Shown one piece after another: positions 8,154-18,857 of a stretch of DNA of 64,000 nucleotides. This stretch comes from Deltaproteobacteria bacterium (GTDB lineage: Bacteria > UBA10199 > JADGCS01). Position 1 is the stretch's first letter. Each line of letters opens with the position of its first letter. The notes beneath the pieces are model-generated. The model was not told the origin of the DNA. It searched no databases and saw nothing but the letters and a program-made list of their open reading frames with translations. The stretch lies in assembly GCA_015228875.1 (NCBI GenBank), contig JADGCS010000006.1, forward strand, positions 2,611-66,610, read 5' to 3'. The translations under genes and the position numbers were made by a program.

Positions 8154-9407
8154 TTAATGGCACCCCCCAAGTGATTTAATCAAGCCCTTTGCGGTCTCGA
8201 CGTCTTCTTTATACTCGTCTGGTTTTCGTTTTACAAATTCGCAGTAAACATTTGCGGCCTCCGAGTTTTTTCCCGTCAATTGGTACATTTGACCGAGGAC
8301 AAAATAGGCGCGGTAGAAGGTGGCATCGAGCGTGATGGTTTTTTTGTACCACTCTGCGGCACTGCTGAAATTTTTAAGCTGCTGGTAGTTGTAGCCGATA
8401 TTAAATGTGGCCTCGGGGTAGTTGGGTTTGAGGGTCACCGCCGATTGATAGGCCCTGTTGGATTCTTGATAGGCCTCGTGCGATTGCGCGCTGCTGCCTT
8501 TTTCACTGAGCATGCTGGCGAGCTTGTAATAAGAGTATCCAATATTAAAATAGGCAAGTTCATTTGTGGGATCATCGATAATCACCTTGTTGAATTCATT
8601 GATGGCCATTGTGATGTTGTCATCCTTTAAATAATTGAGACCCATGTTAAGATGGGCGTGCGACGAATCGGGGTTGGCGACAATGGAATGGTTGAGGGCC
8701 TGCTGCGCCTTAAGCGTTTGTCCGGTCTTTGTATAAAGCTCTGCAAGGTTGTTCCATGCCTCTGCGAGGTTGGGGTCGATTTCGAGCGCCAGCTTGTAAC
8801 GGATGATGGCCTTTTCGTATTCACCCAGCCTGTGATACGCCATACCAAGTTGCATGTGTGCGTAAGGGTGGTCGCTGTTGATCTGTGTGGCTTTAACAAA
8901 ACACGCGGCGGCATCACTTAAGTGATCGAGGTTTTTGTCCTGCTTGTACAGATCCACATGGACAAGCCCTGCATTGTAATGCGCATCGGAGTATTTGTTG
9001 TTGTATTTTAAGGCCAGACCAAACTGTCTGAGCGCTTCTTTGTGATTTTTTAATTTAAGATAAACAATCCCAAGATGATTGTATGTTGATGGAAATTTTT
9101 TATCGAGACTGATGGCCCTTTTGAGAACAACGATGGCATCGTCAAAGCGTCCCTTGTGCTTGTAGGCAAGACCAAGGTTGCTTAAGGCCTCGACATATTT
9201 TGGGTTGAGCTCTGTGGCGATTTTAAATTCAAAGATCGCCCTGTCGATGTCCCCCTGATAGAGGGCTGTGACCCCCTTGTTGTTGTGCTGCACGGCCCTG
9301 TCCGAGGGTTTCTCCGCCTTTTTTGCAGAGACAGCATGAGGGATCAGGCATAGGATTAAAAACAACAGGGTCAGCATGGCGGCGGTTTTGTTATTTATGG
9401 TGTGCAT
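8154..9407 (-). CDS. Secreted TPR protein
   Basis: Signal peptide followed by about 10 TPRs. The first 16 aa of the listed ORF come from repeat B, so the start is placed at ATG 9407. Confidence 0.85.
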   Translation of the reverse strand: MHTINNKTAAMLTLLFLILCLIPHAVSAKKAEKPSDRAVQHNNKGVTALYQGDIDRAIFEFKIATELNPKYVEALSNLGLAYKHKGRFDDAIVVLKRAISLDKKFPSTYNHLGIVYLKLKNHKEALRQFGLALKYNNKYSDAHYNAGLVHVDLYKQDKNLDHLSDAAACFVKATQINSDHPYAHMQLGMAYHRLGEYEKAIIRYKLALEIDPNLAEAWNNLAELYTKTGQTLKAQQALNHSIVANPDSSHAHLNMGLNYLKDDNITMAINEFNKVIIDDPTNELAYFNIGYSYYKLASMLSEKGSSAQSHEAYQESNRAYQSAVTLKPNYPEATFNIGYNYQQLKNFSSAAEWYKKTITLDATFYRAYFVLGQMYQLTGKNSEAANVYCEFVKRKPDEYKEDVETAKGLIKSLGGCH

Positions 9408-9495
9408 AGAACCTTGGAAGGTTTTTTCTACGCGTTTCGGCATCAATTTTTGCATGGTGTCCGCCCGCGTAGTGTCTTCCGCTTTATGCGGGTTA
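9407..9495 (+). repeat. Repeat family B copy (intergenic)
   Basis: Full 87-bp TA-to-TA unit. Confidence 0.95.
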
Positions 9496-9500
9496 TGGAT

Positions 9501-10589
9501 TCAAAAACATATGGGGTTATTAATCATGATTTCACCATCTCTTTTTGCTGCTGTTGTTAAATAGAGATTTTGCAGCAGGCCATCTTCGGGGACAAGTTTT
9601 AAAGCCTCGTAAGCGAGAGTGCCGGTCATCTTGGTGTTGCCGGTCATCGAGGCGGTCTCTGCTTTCATGGCCAGTTTGTAGGACTCCAAAAAACGGCCTG
9701 CCGCCAGATATTTTATTGATGATCGCTTTGTGGCAGGACTCACCAAACCCATGGCCGCAGTGGCGCTTCTCCAGTTGATTGAAAAATCATCCTTGTTGAG
9801 TTTGTTGATGAGCGCCATCATAAAATTGACACGGGCAAGATGGAGTGCTGCATTATCGTACCGTTGATAACTCTCTTTGAGGGCGTTTTCAAACCACAGC
9901 GAGGCCAGATCCAGCGCTGTGAGGTCGTACTGCATGGAGAACTCAAGCCCCTTGCCAAAGAGAACAAAGGCCTGCATGGAAGGTGAGGAGATGTAGGTCT
10001 TGTTGATTGTGCTCGTGACACCGGCGCGTTTTAACGCGATGGCCAGATGGTTTTTGACAAGATCTATAAAAGCATCATCGGCATTGGCGTCAAGTTCTTC
10101 TGCAGGGGACAGCATCTGATCTTTTTTCGAGTCGTAAATATTGATGATGACCCTTATTGTGCCCCTGTAGGTTCGTTGATACGTTCCAAAGACAACGTAA
10201 CTGGCAGATAGTTTTTGTGCCAGTTTTTGTGCGGTCTCTTTTTGCGCGAGAATCTGACCCGTCATGTTTTCGTTATTGATAAAATTAAAACTCACAAAGG
10301 GGTGAATCATGTTGTCATGCGAGGCCGAGTATATGTCATACACAAGAAAGGGGATGCCGTAGAACAGCGCCCTGTCTGGTTGTCCCACCGCGTTGTCAAA
10401 AAAAGGGAGCACGGCAATGCTGTTTTTTTTGTCTTTTGTCTGGTGGGCAAGAAAATTTAAAAAATTGTTGTTCATCGTTGATAAATTGGGCGAAGGATGA
10501 CATTGAGCTGTCGCTAAGGGTGTGGACAGAAGGTGCAGGAAAAAAAACAGGGCAGCCAACTTTAACAAAAAGATTTTTTTTCCACACAT
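9501..10589 (-). CDS. Secreted hypothetical protein with a TolB-N/FlgO-like domain and helical C-terminus
   Basis: Signal peptide; SIAVLPFFDN...AQKLSASYVVFGTYQ pattern. Confidence 0.55.
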   Translation of the reverse strand: MCGKKIFLLKLAALFFFLHLLSTPLATAQCHPSPNLSTMNNNFLNFLAHQTKDKKNSIAVLPFFDNAVGQPDRALFYGIPFLVYDIYSASHDNMIHPFVSFNFINNENMTGQILAQKETAQKLAQKLSASYVVFGTYQRTYRGTIRVIINIYDSKKDQMLSPAEELDANADDAFIDLVKNHLAIALKRAGVTSTINKTYISSPSMQAFVLFGKGLEFSMQYDLTALDLASLWFENALKESYQRYDNAALHLARVNFMMALINKLNKDDFSINWRSATAAMGLVSPATKRSSIKYLAAGRFLESYKLAMKAETASMTGNTKMTGTLAYEALKLVPEDGLLQNLYLTTAAKRDGEIMINNPICF

Positions 10590-10689
10590 GCCGTCAATTT
10601 AAGGCCAAAGACCGCGGCGGTCAATGATATTTTTTTGAAAATCTTTGTGATTTCTGGTAGTTAGTAGTGCCTTTGCTGTCCTGTCGGGT

Positions 10690-13035
10690 TTGTATAAACA
10701 CATGAAAAATGATTTTCCAAAACTGGTGGTCCTTTCCGGCGGCACAGAAGCGGGGCAGGAAATCGTGCTTAAGGGCAGGGAGCGGGTCAGTATTGGTCGT
10801 TCAGATGATAACGACTTTATCCTTGCCGATACCTCTGTTTCCCGCAGGCATTCTGCCCTGATCTTTAAAGATAATGTATGGATGATCGGTGACGAAAGCT
10901 CGCGAAACGGAACCCTTCTTAACGATGAGTCTGTAGAAGTAGACCATCCTGTCCCTGTTGCAAACCTCGATGTGATCAGGATTGGCATGTATGAGCTGAG
11001 GTTTGTCGAAAAAGAATCATCTCCTTCCGAGATCAGAGAAAAAACATCCTATAAAAAATTAACCCCCAAAGAGCAGGATGAGGTGGCGGCAATTGAAAAC
11101 AAAGACGCAACAGAAGAACAGCAGCGGGAGGCCGCAGACAAAGCGGCAGAGGGTGCGACTGATTTGGAAGAATCCTCCGGGGCAGAGACCGACAAAGAAG
11201 AACTTATCGAGCTTGAGCGCAAGGGATACCCCCCCGAAAACCAGCGTCTCATGGCAAAAGGGCTTTTGATATTTTCTATCATCGCCGTCTTGTTCTGTGG
11301 TCTTGGGGTGGGGTTGTATTTTACTTATGGGCATTACGCAGAAAAAAAGGTCGATGATCAGGCACAAACAACCGATGTGCAAAAAAACACCGGTGTTAAA
11401 GAGACTGTGTTCTTTGATATCCTGCGCGGGGCAAAGAGGTTTGTGATGGACAAACTGCGAGTGTTGCAGGGAAAAAAAAATCAGCAGGATGTTAAAACCG
11501 GTGGTGTGACGGGGGCGGGCGATGGCACAAAAGGGGCAGGGGTTGCAGCGCTTCAAACAGGCGGTGATGCGGTCAAAGGGCAGACACAGACGGGGCTAAA
11601 GGGTCAGACAGAAGATGGGGGCGATCAGGCCACGGACACGGTGACCCCGAATGACGATTTTACGGTCACTTCTTTGTCAACCGAAGACAAAGCAAAGATC
11701 GACTCGCAAAAGGCGCTTGATTTTTCTGTTTTTCTCGATGTCGAGACCACACCTCTTGCTGCCACTGTTTATTTTCAGGATGAAAGACTGGGGATGACAC
11801 CCTTTAAAAGAAATGTATCTGTCAAACCAAACCAGATCTACCCCCTCTATGTCGATTTTGAACTGCGTGAGATCAACGATGTCTTTCGTAAAAAAATAGA
11901 ATTCAAGGCCAGACCCGATACCGACGTTATCGAACTCAAACTCGACGCCGAGATTGGGGTGTTGAGGATTCTCAAACTTCCCCGCCGTGTCGATTTTTAT
12001 CTCGAGGGGTTTTACGATTACGATAAATTTAAGGCAAACCCCGTCAAGATCAGTGATATTGTTTACGGCAGGCCGGTGTATCTGCCTTACGGGACATACA
12101 CGGTTGAGTTGCGGGAAAAAACAACCATCGCCGGATCAGAAAATCTGATCACCCAGATTCGTTTTCAGAGGGAGTATACCATCAACAAAGAGAACAGGAC
12201 TCTTAATTTCTCTGTCTCTGACCGTGACCTGCAGTTTTTTCCGGCAGTCATCAACTCTTCACCGGAAAACGCAGAGGTCTATTTCGGCACCGAAAAAATA
12301 GGCACGACACCGTATACAGGAAATCTGGCCCTTGGAAAGAACCAGATCAAAATTGTCAAAGAGGGTTTTTTTCCTGCCGTGATCGACGTCGACATGCGGA
12401 TGCATTCTGTTTACGATGTCAATGTGACATTAAAAACCTCAAAAATGGGCGAGTTGGTCAACAAGGCAAAGGAGTACCTGCGCTACGAACAGACAAACAA
12501 CGCGGTGGTCACACTTGTCGATGCCCTCAAATACGGCGGTTCGGCAAAAGAAAAGGCCGAGGTTTATTATTTGTTGGGAGAGACGTATCTTGGACTCAAA
12601 GAATACAATCAGGCACTGCCCTATTTTGAAAAGGCAAAAGGGCACGAGGACTTTAAACACCTTGCCACATTGGGGATGGCAAGGGCCTACAATGCAGTGG
12701 GTCAGCAGGCTTATGCCCTCAAGACCGTTGTAGAGGTCCTTGTCACCATGAATCAAAATACCACAGCGAGGGTGAGGTCGGAGGCAGATTCTGTATTCAA
12801 ACTTGTCTCGCCGGTTAAATCGGTGATGTATCTTTATACCGATCCCCCCGGCGCTGCAGTTTACATCAACGAAAAAAAAATAGATCAAGACACCCCGCTT
12901 TTTTTGTCGGATCTTGGTCTGGGTAATTACAGGCTTCAGTTTGAAAGGCCTGGGTACAAAACCTATAAAACAAAACAAAACTTAAAGATCGGCGAGTTTG
13001 TGTTGGTCAAGGTTAGGATGGAAAAAGAAGACTAG
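10690..13035 (+). CDS. FHA + TM + PEGA/TPR domain protein
   Basis: N-terminal FHA (IGRSDDND..SRRHS..SRNGT), TM at about aa 190-212, PEGA-like repeats (SSPENAEVY..IGTTP; TDPPGAAVYIN) and TPRs. Start may be ATG 10702. Confidence 0.8.
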   Translation: MYKHMKNDFPKLVVLSGGTEAGQEIVLKGRERVSIGRSDDNDFILADTSVSRRHSALIFKDNVWMIGDESSRNGTLLNDESVEVDHPVPVANLDVIRIGMYELRFVEKESSPSEIREKTSYKKLTPKEQDEVAAIENKDATEEQQREAADKAAEGATDLEESSGAETDKEELIELERKGYPPENQRLMAKGLLIFSIIAVLFCGLGVGLYFTYGHYAEKKVDDQAQTTDVQKNTGVKETVFFDILRGAKRFVMDKLRVLQGKKNQQDVKTGGVTGAGDGTKGAGVAALQTGGDAVKGQTQTGLKGQTEDGGDQATDTVTPNDDFTVTSLSTEDKAKIDSQKALDFSVFLDVETTPLAATVYFQDERLGMTPFKRNVSVKPNQIYPLYVDFELREINDVFRKKIEFKARPDTDVIELKLDAEIGVLRILKLPRRVDFYLEGFYDYDKFKANPVKISDIVYGRPVYLPYGTYTVELREKTTIAGSENLITQIRFQREYTINKENRTLNFSVSDRDLQFFPAVINSSPENAEVYFGTEKIGTTPYTGNLALGKNQIKIVKEGFFPAVIDVDMRMHSVYDVNVTLKTSKMGELVNKAKEYLRYEQTNNAVVTLVDALKYGGSAKEKAEVYYLLGETYLGLKEYNQALPYFEKAKGHEDFKHLATLGMARAYNAVGQQAYALKTVVEVLVTMNQNTTARVRSEADSVFKLVSPVKSVMYLYTDPPGAAVYINEKKIDQDTPLFLSDLGLGNYRLQFERPGYKTYKTKQNLKIGEFVLVKVRMEKED

Positions 13036-13776
13036 ATGAATATTCTTGTCACAAATGATGATGGTTTCATGGCGCGGGGGATTAAACAGCTGGCGGGGGC
13101 TTTAAAAGAAGTCAGCGGTTGCAGGGTGGTGGTTGTGGCCCCGGAAACGGAGATGTCTACAACATCGCACTCCCTGACACTTAACAGACCCCTGCGCTGT
13201 GTCAAAAAAGGCCCCCATGTTTACGCTGTAAACGGCACGCCCGTTGATTGCGTCTATATGGCAGTGGCCGCTGTTTTTAAAGGCAACCCGGATCTCATTT
13301 TTTCGGGGATCAATCATGGAGCCAATCTCGGTGATGACATCCATTATTCGGGTACGGTGGCCGCAGCTATTGAGGGCGGGATCCGGGGTATTCCATCGGT
13401 CGCTGTTTCGCAGTTTGTTGTCAAAAAATTCAATGGACAAATGGCCGCAGCGTTTGCAAAAAGGCTTTTAATTTTTTTTAAAAAACACGGTCTGCCCCAG
13501 GGCTTGGTGCTTAATGTCAATGTGCCCGAGTCTGCCAAGTCTTTTGATTATGAGATCACAAAAATGGGCAAGCGGGACTACGGCGATCCTGTGGTCAACA
13601 AAACAGATCCCAGAGGACGGCCTTATTACTGGGTGGGTGGCAGTCAGTACAAATTTTTTGATATCAAGGGTTCGGACTGCAACGCCGTCGTGGCTGGCAA
13701 GATCTCTCTCACGCCCTTAAATATTAACATGACCTGCCATGTGGGATCGAAAGCCATGAAGCACTGGCGGGTGTAA
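13036..13776 (+). CDS. surE: 5'/3'-nucleotidase SurE
   Basis: ILVTNDDG, GTPVDCV and SGINHGANLG..YSGTV motifs. Confidence 0.95.
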   Translation: MNILVTNDDGFMARGIKQLAGALKEVSGCRVVVVAPETEMSTTSHSLTLNRPLRCVKKGPHVYAVNGTPVDCVYMAVAAVFKGNPDLIFSGINHGANLGDDIHYSGTVAAAIEGGIRGIPSVAVSQFVVKKFNGQMAAAFAKRLLIFFKKHGLPQGLVLNVNVPESAKSFDYEITKMGKRDYGDPVVNKTDPRGRPYYWVGGSQYKFFDIKGSDCNAVVAGKISLTPLNINMTCHVGSKAMKHWRV

Positions 13777-13861
13777 AACCAAACAATCATAAAAGATACC
13801 GCGCCATACGATCTGCTGAAAATAGTGGATAATATTCTTGATGTTGATTAATGCAAATAAA

Positions 13862-14530
13862 ATGACACCTGTTTTTGATGACAACGACACATACGCTGTT
13901 GCCCGCAAGAGGATGATCAGCGAACAGATCATCTCGCGTCATATTTCAGACAAGCGCGTGATCGACATCATGAGCAGGGTGCCGCGTCACGAGTTTGTTG
14001 ACGATGCACTTAAGGATCAGGCATATACGGACGGCCCCCTCAGTATTGGAGAGGGGCAGACGATCTCGCAGCCCTTTATTGTGGCCCTGATGACAGAGAC
14101 CCTGCTCCTGTCAGGTGCAGAAAAGGTCCTCGAAATCGGCACAGGCTGCGGCTATCAGACCCTGATTCTTGCCATGGCTGCAAGGCAGGTCTACACGATA
14201 GAGCGCATCAAATCGTTGGGACTCAAGGCAAGAACCAGGTTTAAAAAATTTGGTCTAAAAAATATTGTCATGCGGATAGGAGACGGTTCGCTTGGCTGGG
14301 CGGAGGCTGCGCCTTTTGACCGCATCCTCATTGCCTGTGCGGCGCCGCAGGTGCCCGATATTTTTGTCAAGCAACTTTCGGAAGGAGGGATCATGGTGAT
14401 CCCGGTCTCGACAGGTTCGGGCCACCAGGACTTACTCAGGATTACCCGAAAAAATAATTCTGTTTTTACCGAAAATCTTGGTGCCTGTCATTTTGTCAAA
14501 CTGGTTGGTCGGCACGGGTATCAGGCATAA
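13862..14530 (+). CDS. pcm: protein-L-isoaspartate O-methyltransferase
   Basis: GQTISQP, VLEIGTGCGYQ and APFDRI motifs; follows surE. Confidence 0.95.
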   Translation: MTPVFDDNDTYAVARKRMISEQIISRHISDKRVIDIMSRVPRHEFVDDALKDQAYTDGPLSIGEGQTISQPFIVALMTETLLLSGAEKVLEIGTGCGYQTLILAMAARQVYTIERIKSLGLKARTRFKKFGLKNIVMRIGDGSLGWAEAAPFDRILIACAAPQVPDIFVKQLSEGGIMVIPVSTGSGHQDLLRITRKNNSVFTENLGACHFVKLVGRHGYQA

Positions 14531-14545
14531 AGGCTGCATTTTTCT

Positions 14546-15442
14546 ATGAATAGAATAAACCTCATTGTTGTTTTCATCTGTCTGGCTTTGATTTCAAGCG
14601 GCTGCAGCCAGTTTCAGGCTGTCTTTAACAAAGAAGGGCGCGCGTCTCCTCATGCCTTGACAAAGGGTCCACAAACCAAAAAAACAGTTTCCCAAAAAAT
14701 AAAAAACAAAGACGCCACAATCGAAAAAAAGGATCATAAAAAAACCAAACCACCCAAAGAACAAAAAAAAATAAAAAAACAAAAACAACCTGCCCCGTTG
14801 CAAATTCAGGGAGACGGAAGACAGCCCATCGTTACAAAAAAAGGCACATACTATTTTGTGGTCAAGGGCGACACGATCTCACTCATTTCGGAAAAATACA
14901 AAATATCGCGTGATCACCTTGCCCAGATCAACGACTTGTACAACTCAGATCTTGTGGCCGGGAGGCGGATTTTTATCCCCAACAGAAAAACAAAAAAAGA
15001 CTTCCTCTCGGTCACGGATATTATCAGGGCCAAAAAAATTGAGCGCGAGAGGTCTTTACGTTCGATTAAATTTATCTGGCCTCTTAAAGAATACGTCATC
15101 ACCAGCGGTTTTGGGTGGCGGCGTGGCAGACCGCACGAAGCCCTTGATTTGTCCGCAAAACGGGGGACGCCTGTCTTTGCTGCGACTGATGGCGTGGTGA
15201 TCTTTGCCGAAAGATACGCCGGCTATGGCAATCTCCTTGTTCTTAAACACGCAAAAAATTATTTTACGGCCTACGCGCATCTGCATACAATGCAGACAGA
15301 GGTCGGGAAAAAAGTCAAAAAGGGCGAGCAGATCGCCACTGTTGGCAATACGGGACGATCCAGTGGTCCTCACCTGCACTTTGAGATTCATAAAAAGACG
15401 CAGGCCATAGACCCGCTCAAGCTCTTGCCCAAGAAAAAATAA
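14546..15442 (+). CDS. LysM + M23 peptidase lipoprotein (NlpD-like)
   Basis: Lipobox SSGC, LysM (YFVVKGDTISLIS), HEALD, YAHL and GPHLHFE. Confidence 0.9.
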   Translation: MNRINLIVVFICLALISSGCSQFQAVFNKEGRASPHALTKGPQTKKTVSQKIKNKDATIEKKDHKKTKPPKEQKKIKKQKQPAPLQIQGDGRQPIVTKKGTYYFVVKGDTISLISEKYKISRDHLAQINDLYNSDLVAGRRIFIPNRKTKKDFLSVTDIIRAKKIERERSLRSIKFIWPLKEYVITSGFGWRRGRPHEALDLSAKRGTPVFAATDGVVIFAERYAGYGNLLVLKHAKNYFTAYAHLHTMQTEVGKKVKKGEQIATVGNTGRSSGPHLHFEIHKKTQAIDPLKLLPKKK

Positions 15443-15533
15443 CACGGTCTGTGTGTTTCCGATGCCGAGTTTCTGGTCACGACATCACAGGTGATGTCTG
15501 GGGGCTGGTATTTTCAAAGAGAGGAGATAAAAA

Positions 15534-16046
15534 ATGGATTTAAGCAAAACCATCAGAGATGTTCCTGATTTTCCAAAAAAAGGCATCCTTTTTAAGGATA
15601 TCACAACCCTTCTTAAAGACCCTTCTGCGCTGCGCGAGTGTGTCCAGCAGTTAACACAGCCCTTTATCAACAAGGGGATCAAAAAGGTTTGCGGGATAGA
15701 ATCGCGGGGTTTTATTTTCGGTACGGCCCTGGCCCTTGAGCTTGGTGCAGGCTTTGTTCCTGTGCGCAAGGCAGGCAAGCTTCCCTATAAAACCGTTTCA
15801 CAAGAGTACGCCCTTGAGTATGGCACCGATAAAATAGAGATTCACGTAGATGCCATAGAAAAAGGCGAAAGGGTTCTTATTGTCGATGACCTTCTCGCAA
15901 CAGGGGGGACGGCCGCGGCCTGCATGGGTCTCTTAAAAAAAATCGACGCTCAAATTTATGGATTTGCCTTTCTGGTAGAGCTTGCCTTTCTCAACGGGCG
16001 GCAAAAACTGACAGAAGGTCAGGTGGTGTCGTTGGTTGTGTATTGA
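15534..16046 (+). CDS. apt: adenine phosphoribosyltransferase
   Basis: PDFPKKGILFKDIT, ESRGF and VDDLLATGGT. Confidence 0.95.
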   Translation: MDLSKTIRDVPDFPKKGILFKDITTLLKDPSALRECVQQLTQPFINKGIKKVCGIESRGFIFGTALALELGAGFVPVRKAGKLPYKTVSQEYALEYGTDKIEIHVDAIEKGERVLIVDDLLATGGTAAACMGLLKKIDAQIYGFAFLVELAFLNGRQKLTEGQVVSLVVY

Positions 16047-16072
16047 GGCTCCTCGTTGTTTTTAAAGTTTTA

Positions 16073-16243
16073 AACCTAGAAGCGGCAGTTGAAGAATACA
16101 AGGCGACAGGAGATACGGGATTTAATTGGGTTCTACGCGACTTCCCGTGCTTCACCCGTTGGGTGAGCAATTTTGACTCTCCGAACCCAATTAAATCCCG
16201 TATCTCCTGTCGCTTAGCATGGTTCAATTGCCGTTTGTAGGTT
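16073..16243. repeat. Repeat family D (long palindromic element) between convergent genes
   Basis: Perfect stem of about 31 bp (gcgacaggagatacgggatttaattgggttc / gaacccaattaaatcccgtatctcctgtcgc) plus an imperfect outer stem; homologous to 30127-30233 and 29373-29414. Confidence 0.9.
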
Positions 16244-17396
16244 AAAAACAATCGAGATACCTTGCAATCACCAGGCGCTGGATTTCTGATGTGCCTTCGC
16301 CGATGTCCAGTAGTTTTTGATCGCGGTAGTATTTTGCCGCGGGGTATTCTTCCATTAAGCCGTAGCCGCCGTGGAGCTGCACGCAGTGATTGGCGACCCT
16401 GTAAAACACCTCAGAGCAATACACCTTGGACATCGCGGCCTCTTTAGAGAACGCGCGGCCCTGATCCTTAAGCCAGCAGGCCCTGTAAAGAAGGCTGCGG
16501 GCGGCCTCGATCTCGGTGGCGCAGTCCACAAGTTTAAAGGCATTAATCTGAAAGGACGAGATAGGTTTTCCAAAGGCGATTCTTTCTTTTGAATATTTTA
16601 AGGCCTCTTCGAAGGCCCCCTGTGCGCCGCCAAGCCCCATCGCGGCAATCGCAAGACGCCCGCTGTCCAAGGTTTGAAGCATCTGTTTAAAACCGTCACC
16701 GCGTTTTCCCAACAGATTACCTTCGGGGACGGTGACATCATCAAAGTAAAGCTCGGCGGTATTTGATGATCTCCAGGTCATCTTGTTTTTCATGGCCTTG
16801 GCTGTGAGTCCCTTGCAGCTTTGCTCTGCGATGATGCAGGATATTTCTTTTTTACCGTTGTCTTTTGTGTCTGTAATAGCCTGCACGGTGACACCCGCGC
16901 TCATCTCGTTGGCAGAGTTTGTGATAAAAATTTTTGACCCGTTGATGATCCATTGACCATCTTTTAAAATCGCGTTGGTCTTTGAGTTGCCGGCATCAGA
17001 ACCCGCGTTGGGCTCGGTGAGTCCAAACCCCCACAGTTTTTTTTCGGAACACAGGGGAGGCAGGTATTTTTCCTTCTGTTCTTTGCTGCCAAAGTAATAC
17101 AGCGGGCCAATTCCCAGAGAATTGCCCGCGGCCACCGTTGCCGCCTGACACCCGTCGATCCTTGCGAGTTCTTCCACAACAATAATGTAAGACAGATAAT
17201 CCATCCCCTGCCCGCCGTATTCTGGGGAACAGGTGACCCCAAAGAGCCCAAGGTCAAACATTTTGCCGGTGAGTTCGTATGAAAATTCCTCTTTGCGGTC
17301 GAGTTCGAGCCTCACTGGTTTGATTTCCTTTTCGGCAAAATCACGGACGGTGTTTTTTAAAAGCATTTGTTCGGGGGTAAGGTCATAATTTGGCAT
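16242..17396 (-). CDS. acyl-CoA dehydrogenase
   Basis: FGLTEPNAGSD, NGSKIFITN, QLHGGYG and IGEGTSEIQR. Confidence 0.95.
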   Translation of the reverse strand: MPNYDLTPEQMLLKNTVRDFAEKEIKPVRLELDRKEEFSYELTGKMFDLGLFGVTCSPEYGGQGMDYLSYIIVVEELARIDGCQAATVAAGNSLGIGPLYYFGSKEQKEKYLPPLCSEKKLWGFGLTEPNAGSDAGNSKTNAILKDGQWIINGSKIFITNSANEMSAGVTVQAITDTKDNGKKEISCIIAEQSCKGLTAKAMKNKMTWRSSNTAELYFDDVTVPEGNLLGKRGDGFKQMLQTLDSGRLAIAAMGLGGAQGAFEEALKYSKERIAFGKPISSFQINAFKLVDCATEIEAARSLLYRACWLKDQGRAFSKEAAMSKVYCSEVFYRVANHCVQLHGGYGLMEEYPAAKYYRDQKLLDIGEGTSEIQRLVIARYLDCF

Positions 17397-17640
17397 GGCC
17401 CAGTATTAGGTGTTCCTTAGAAAAAGTTCAAACATTTATGTCCCTGGCGGCTATGCAATTGCCTAAAATGTCTAATAAAGGTCATGGTGGTGTCGCCTGG
17501 CAGGTGGACCATTGTTGCACTGTGCCAATTCGGGATACAATCTTGTTGTTTTTACACACAAAACAGGTATTTTTTTGTTTCGGGAATACGCAACTTATGG
17601 CACGGTTGGACGATAACTCCATCGTACGGTCGTACAAATA

Positions 17641-18831
17641 ATGCGGGGAGATTTATTTGCCTTTATGATGCACAAAGAAAAACTTACAATGATCATGGTC
17701 GTTCTCGTTTTGTTTTTTGCAGCCTGCTCGACCTTTAATTCCGAAAAGCAGTACACCAACAAGGTGGTGGCACCTGATTTTATTACCGAGCTTTATGGTC
17801 ACACCGATCAGACGATCGCTGTCAATCACCCGGACGGGGCCCACATTTCATGGATGGGGTTTATTCAATCCAACGACTACAAGTATTTTCAGATTACTAA
17901 GGTGCAGGTTGGTACGCAGACGATTGTTGCAGAGAACATGGAGATCGATGGGGAGCTTTTTACGCCGTCCTGCAACGCGATTGTCGAAGATATCACCGTC
18001 GGTGCCAGCGCATCCCAAACGACAGGTTATGCCAACGGAAACATATCTGTTGCGGGGGCCAACGATCTTAAGATCACTGTCCGTTACAGCCCGCTCATCG
18101 CGATAGAATCCGGGGACGCCCCCCACGAAACCTATTTAATTATCAACTACGATCAGCCCGAGGCCGGCTCCATGCGGATCAAGTTGCAGGGATTCACGCA
18201 GGGGGTCAAGGCCGACAAGTGCACACAGGCGGTCTCAACGATGGAGGTGATCGAATACCAGATCAAGGGCGGGGCGTTTGATCTGTACTTTTGCAGTTCG
18301 GAGGTGGCAAAGGCGGGACTTAATAATACTGAGCAGGATCCTGGCAGCCCCGATTATCACGGGGTTTCAACAAATCTGGCCACGGTCTCCGTGACCAACC
18401 CGGCGATGACATTTTATAAGGTTGATGAAGAGACGGTGTGTATTCTTACGGCACCAACACCGACAGTTGAGAAATTTGATTTGCCCATTCCTCCCATGCC
18501 CGGTGTGCCCATTGACTCCATGGAGATCAAACTCATGGAGGGCTCGATTGCCCAGTGTGATCTTGATGCGGACGGAAATATTTTATGCCCGGAGAGCATC
18601 AACATCGAGGCGTTGGTCTCTTTGTCAGGGTTTAGTTTGACAAACCAGCAAGTAACAGCCGAAGCACTTGTGACAACAGATTGTACGGATTTTGGCAGTA
18701 TCAGCGGTTCCGGCGCCTTTGGGGATGAGAGTCTCACCCTTATTCTTTCGGGCAAAACTCTGTCTGATCAAAATACACAGGAATACAACATTGTTGATTC
18801 GCTTATTGTGGCTGTGATTAAACTTGAATAG
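17641..18831 (+). CDS. Acidic, Cys-containing hypothetical lipoprotein
   Basis: Lipobox FAAC after a hydrophobic stretch; start is probably at 17665 or 17668. Confidence 0.7.
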   Translation: MRGDLFAFMMHKEKLTMIMVVLVLFFAACSTFNSEKQYTNKVVAPDFITELYGHTDQTIAVNHPDGAHISWMGFIQSNDYKYFQITKVQVGTQTIVAENMEIDGELFTPSCNAIVEDITVGASASQTTGYANGNISVAGANDLKITVRYSPLIAIESGDAPHETYLIINYDQPEAGSMRIKLQGFTQGVKADKCTQAVSTMEVIEYQIKGGAFDLYFCSSEVAKAGLNNTEQDPGSPDYHGVSTNLATVSVTNPAMTFYKVDEETVCILTAPTPTVEKFDLPIPPMPGVPIDSMEIKLMEGSIAQCDLDADGNILCPESINIEALVSLSGFSLTNQQVTAEALVTTDCTDFGSISGSGAFGDESLTLILSGKTLSDQNTQEYNIVDSLIVAVIKLE

Positions 18832-18857
18832 AGAGAGAGTCCTGTCGGTCCGATTCA

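Noticed and set aside
9408-9455. N-terminal extension of the TPR gene from repeat B
   Set aside because: A downstream ATG (9407) gives a normal signal peptide, so this was not counted as an in-frame insertion.
16043-16240. 65-aa ORF after apt and its antisense ORF
   Set aside because: Both lie almost entirely within palindromic family D.
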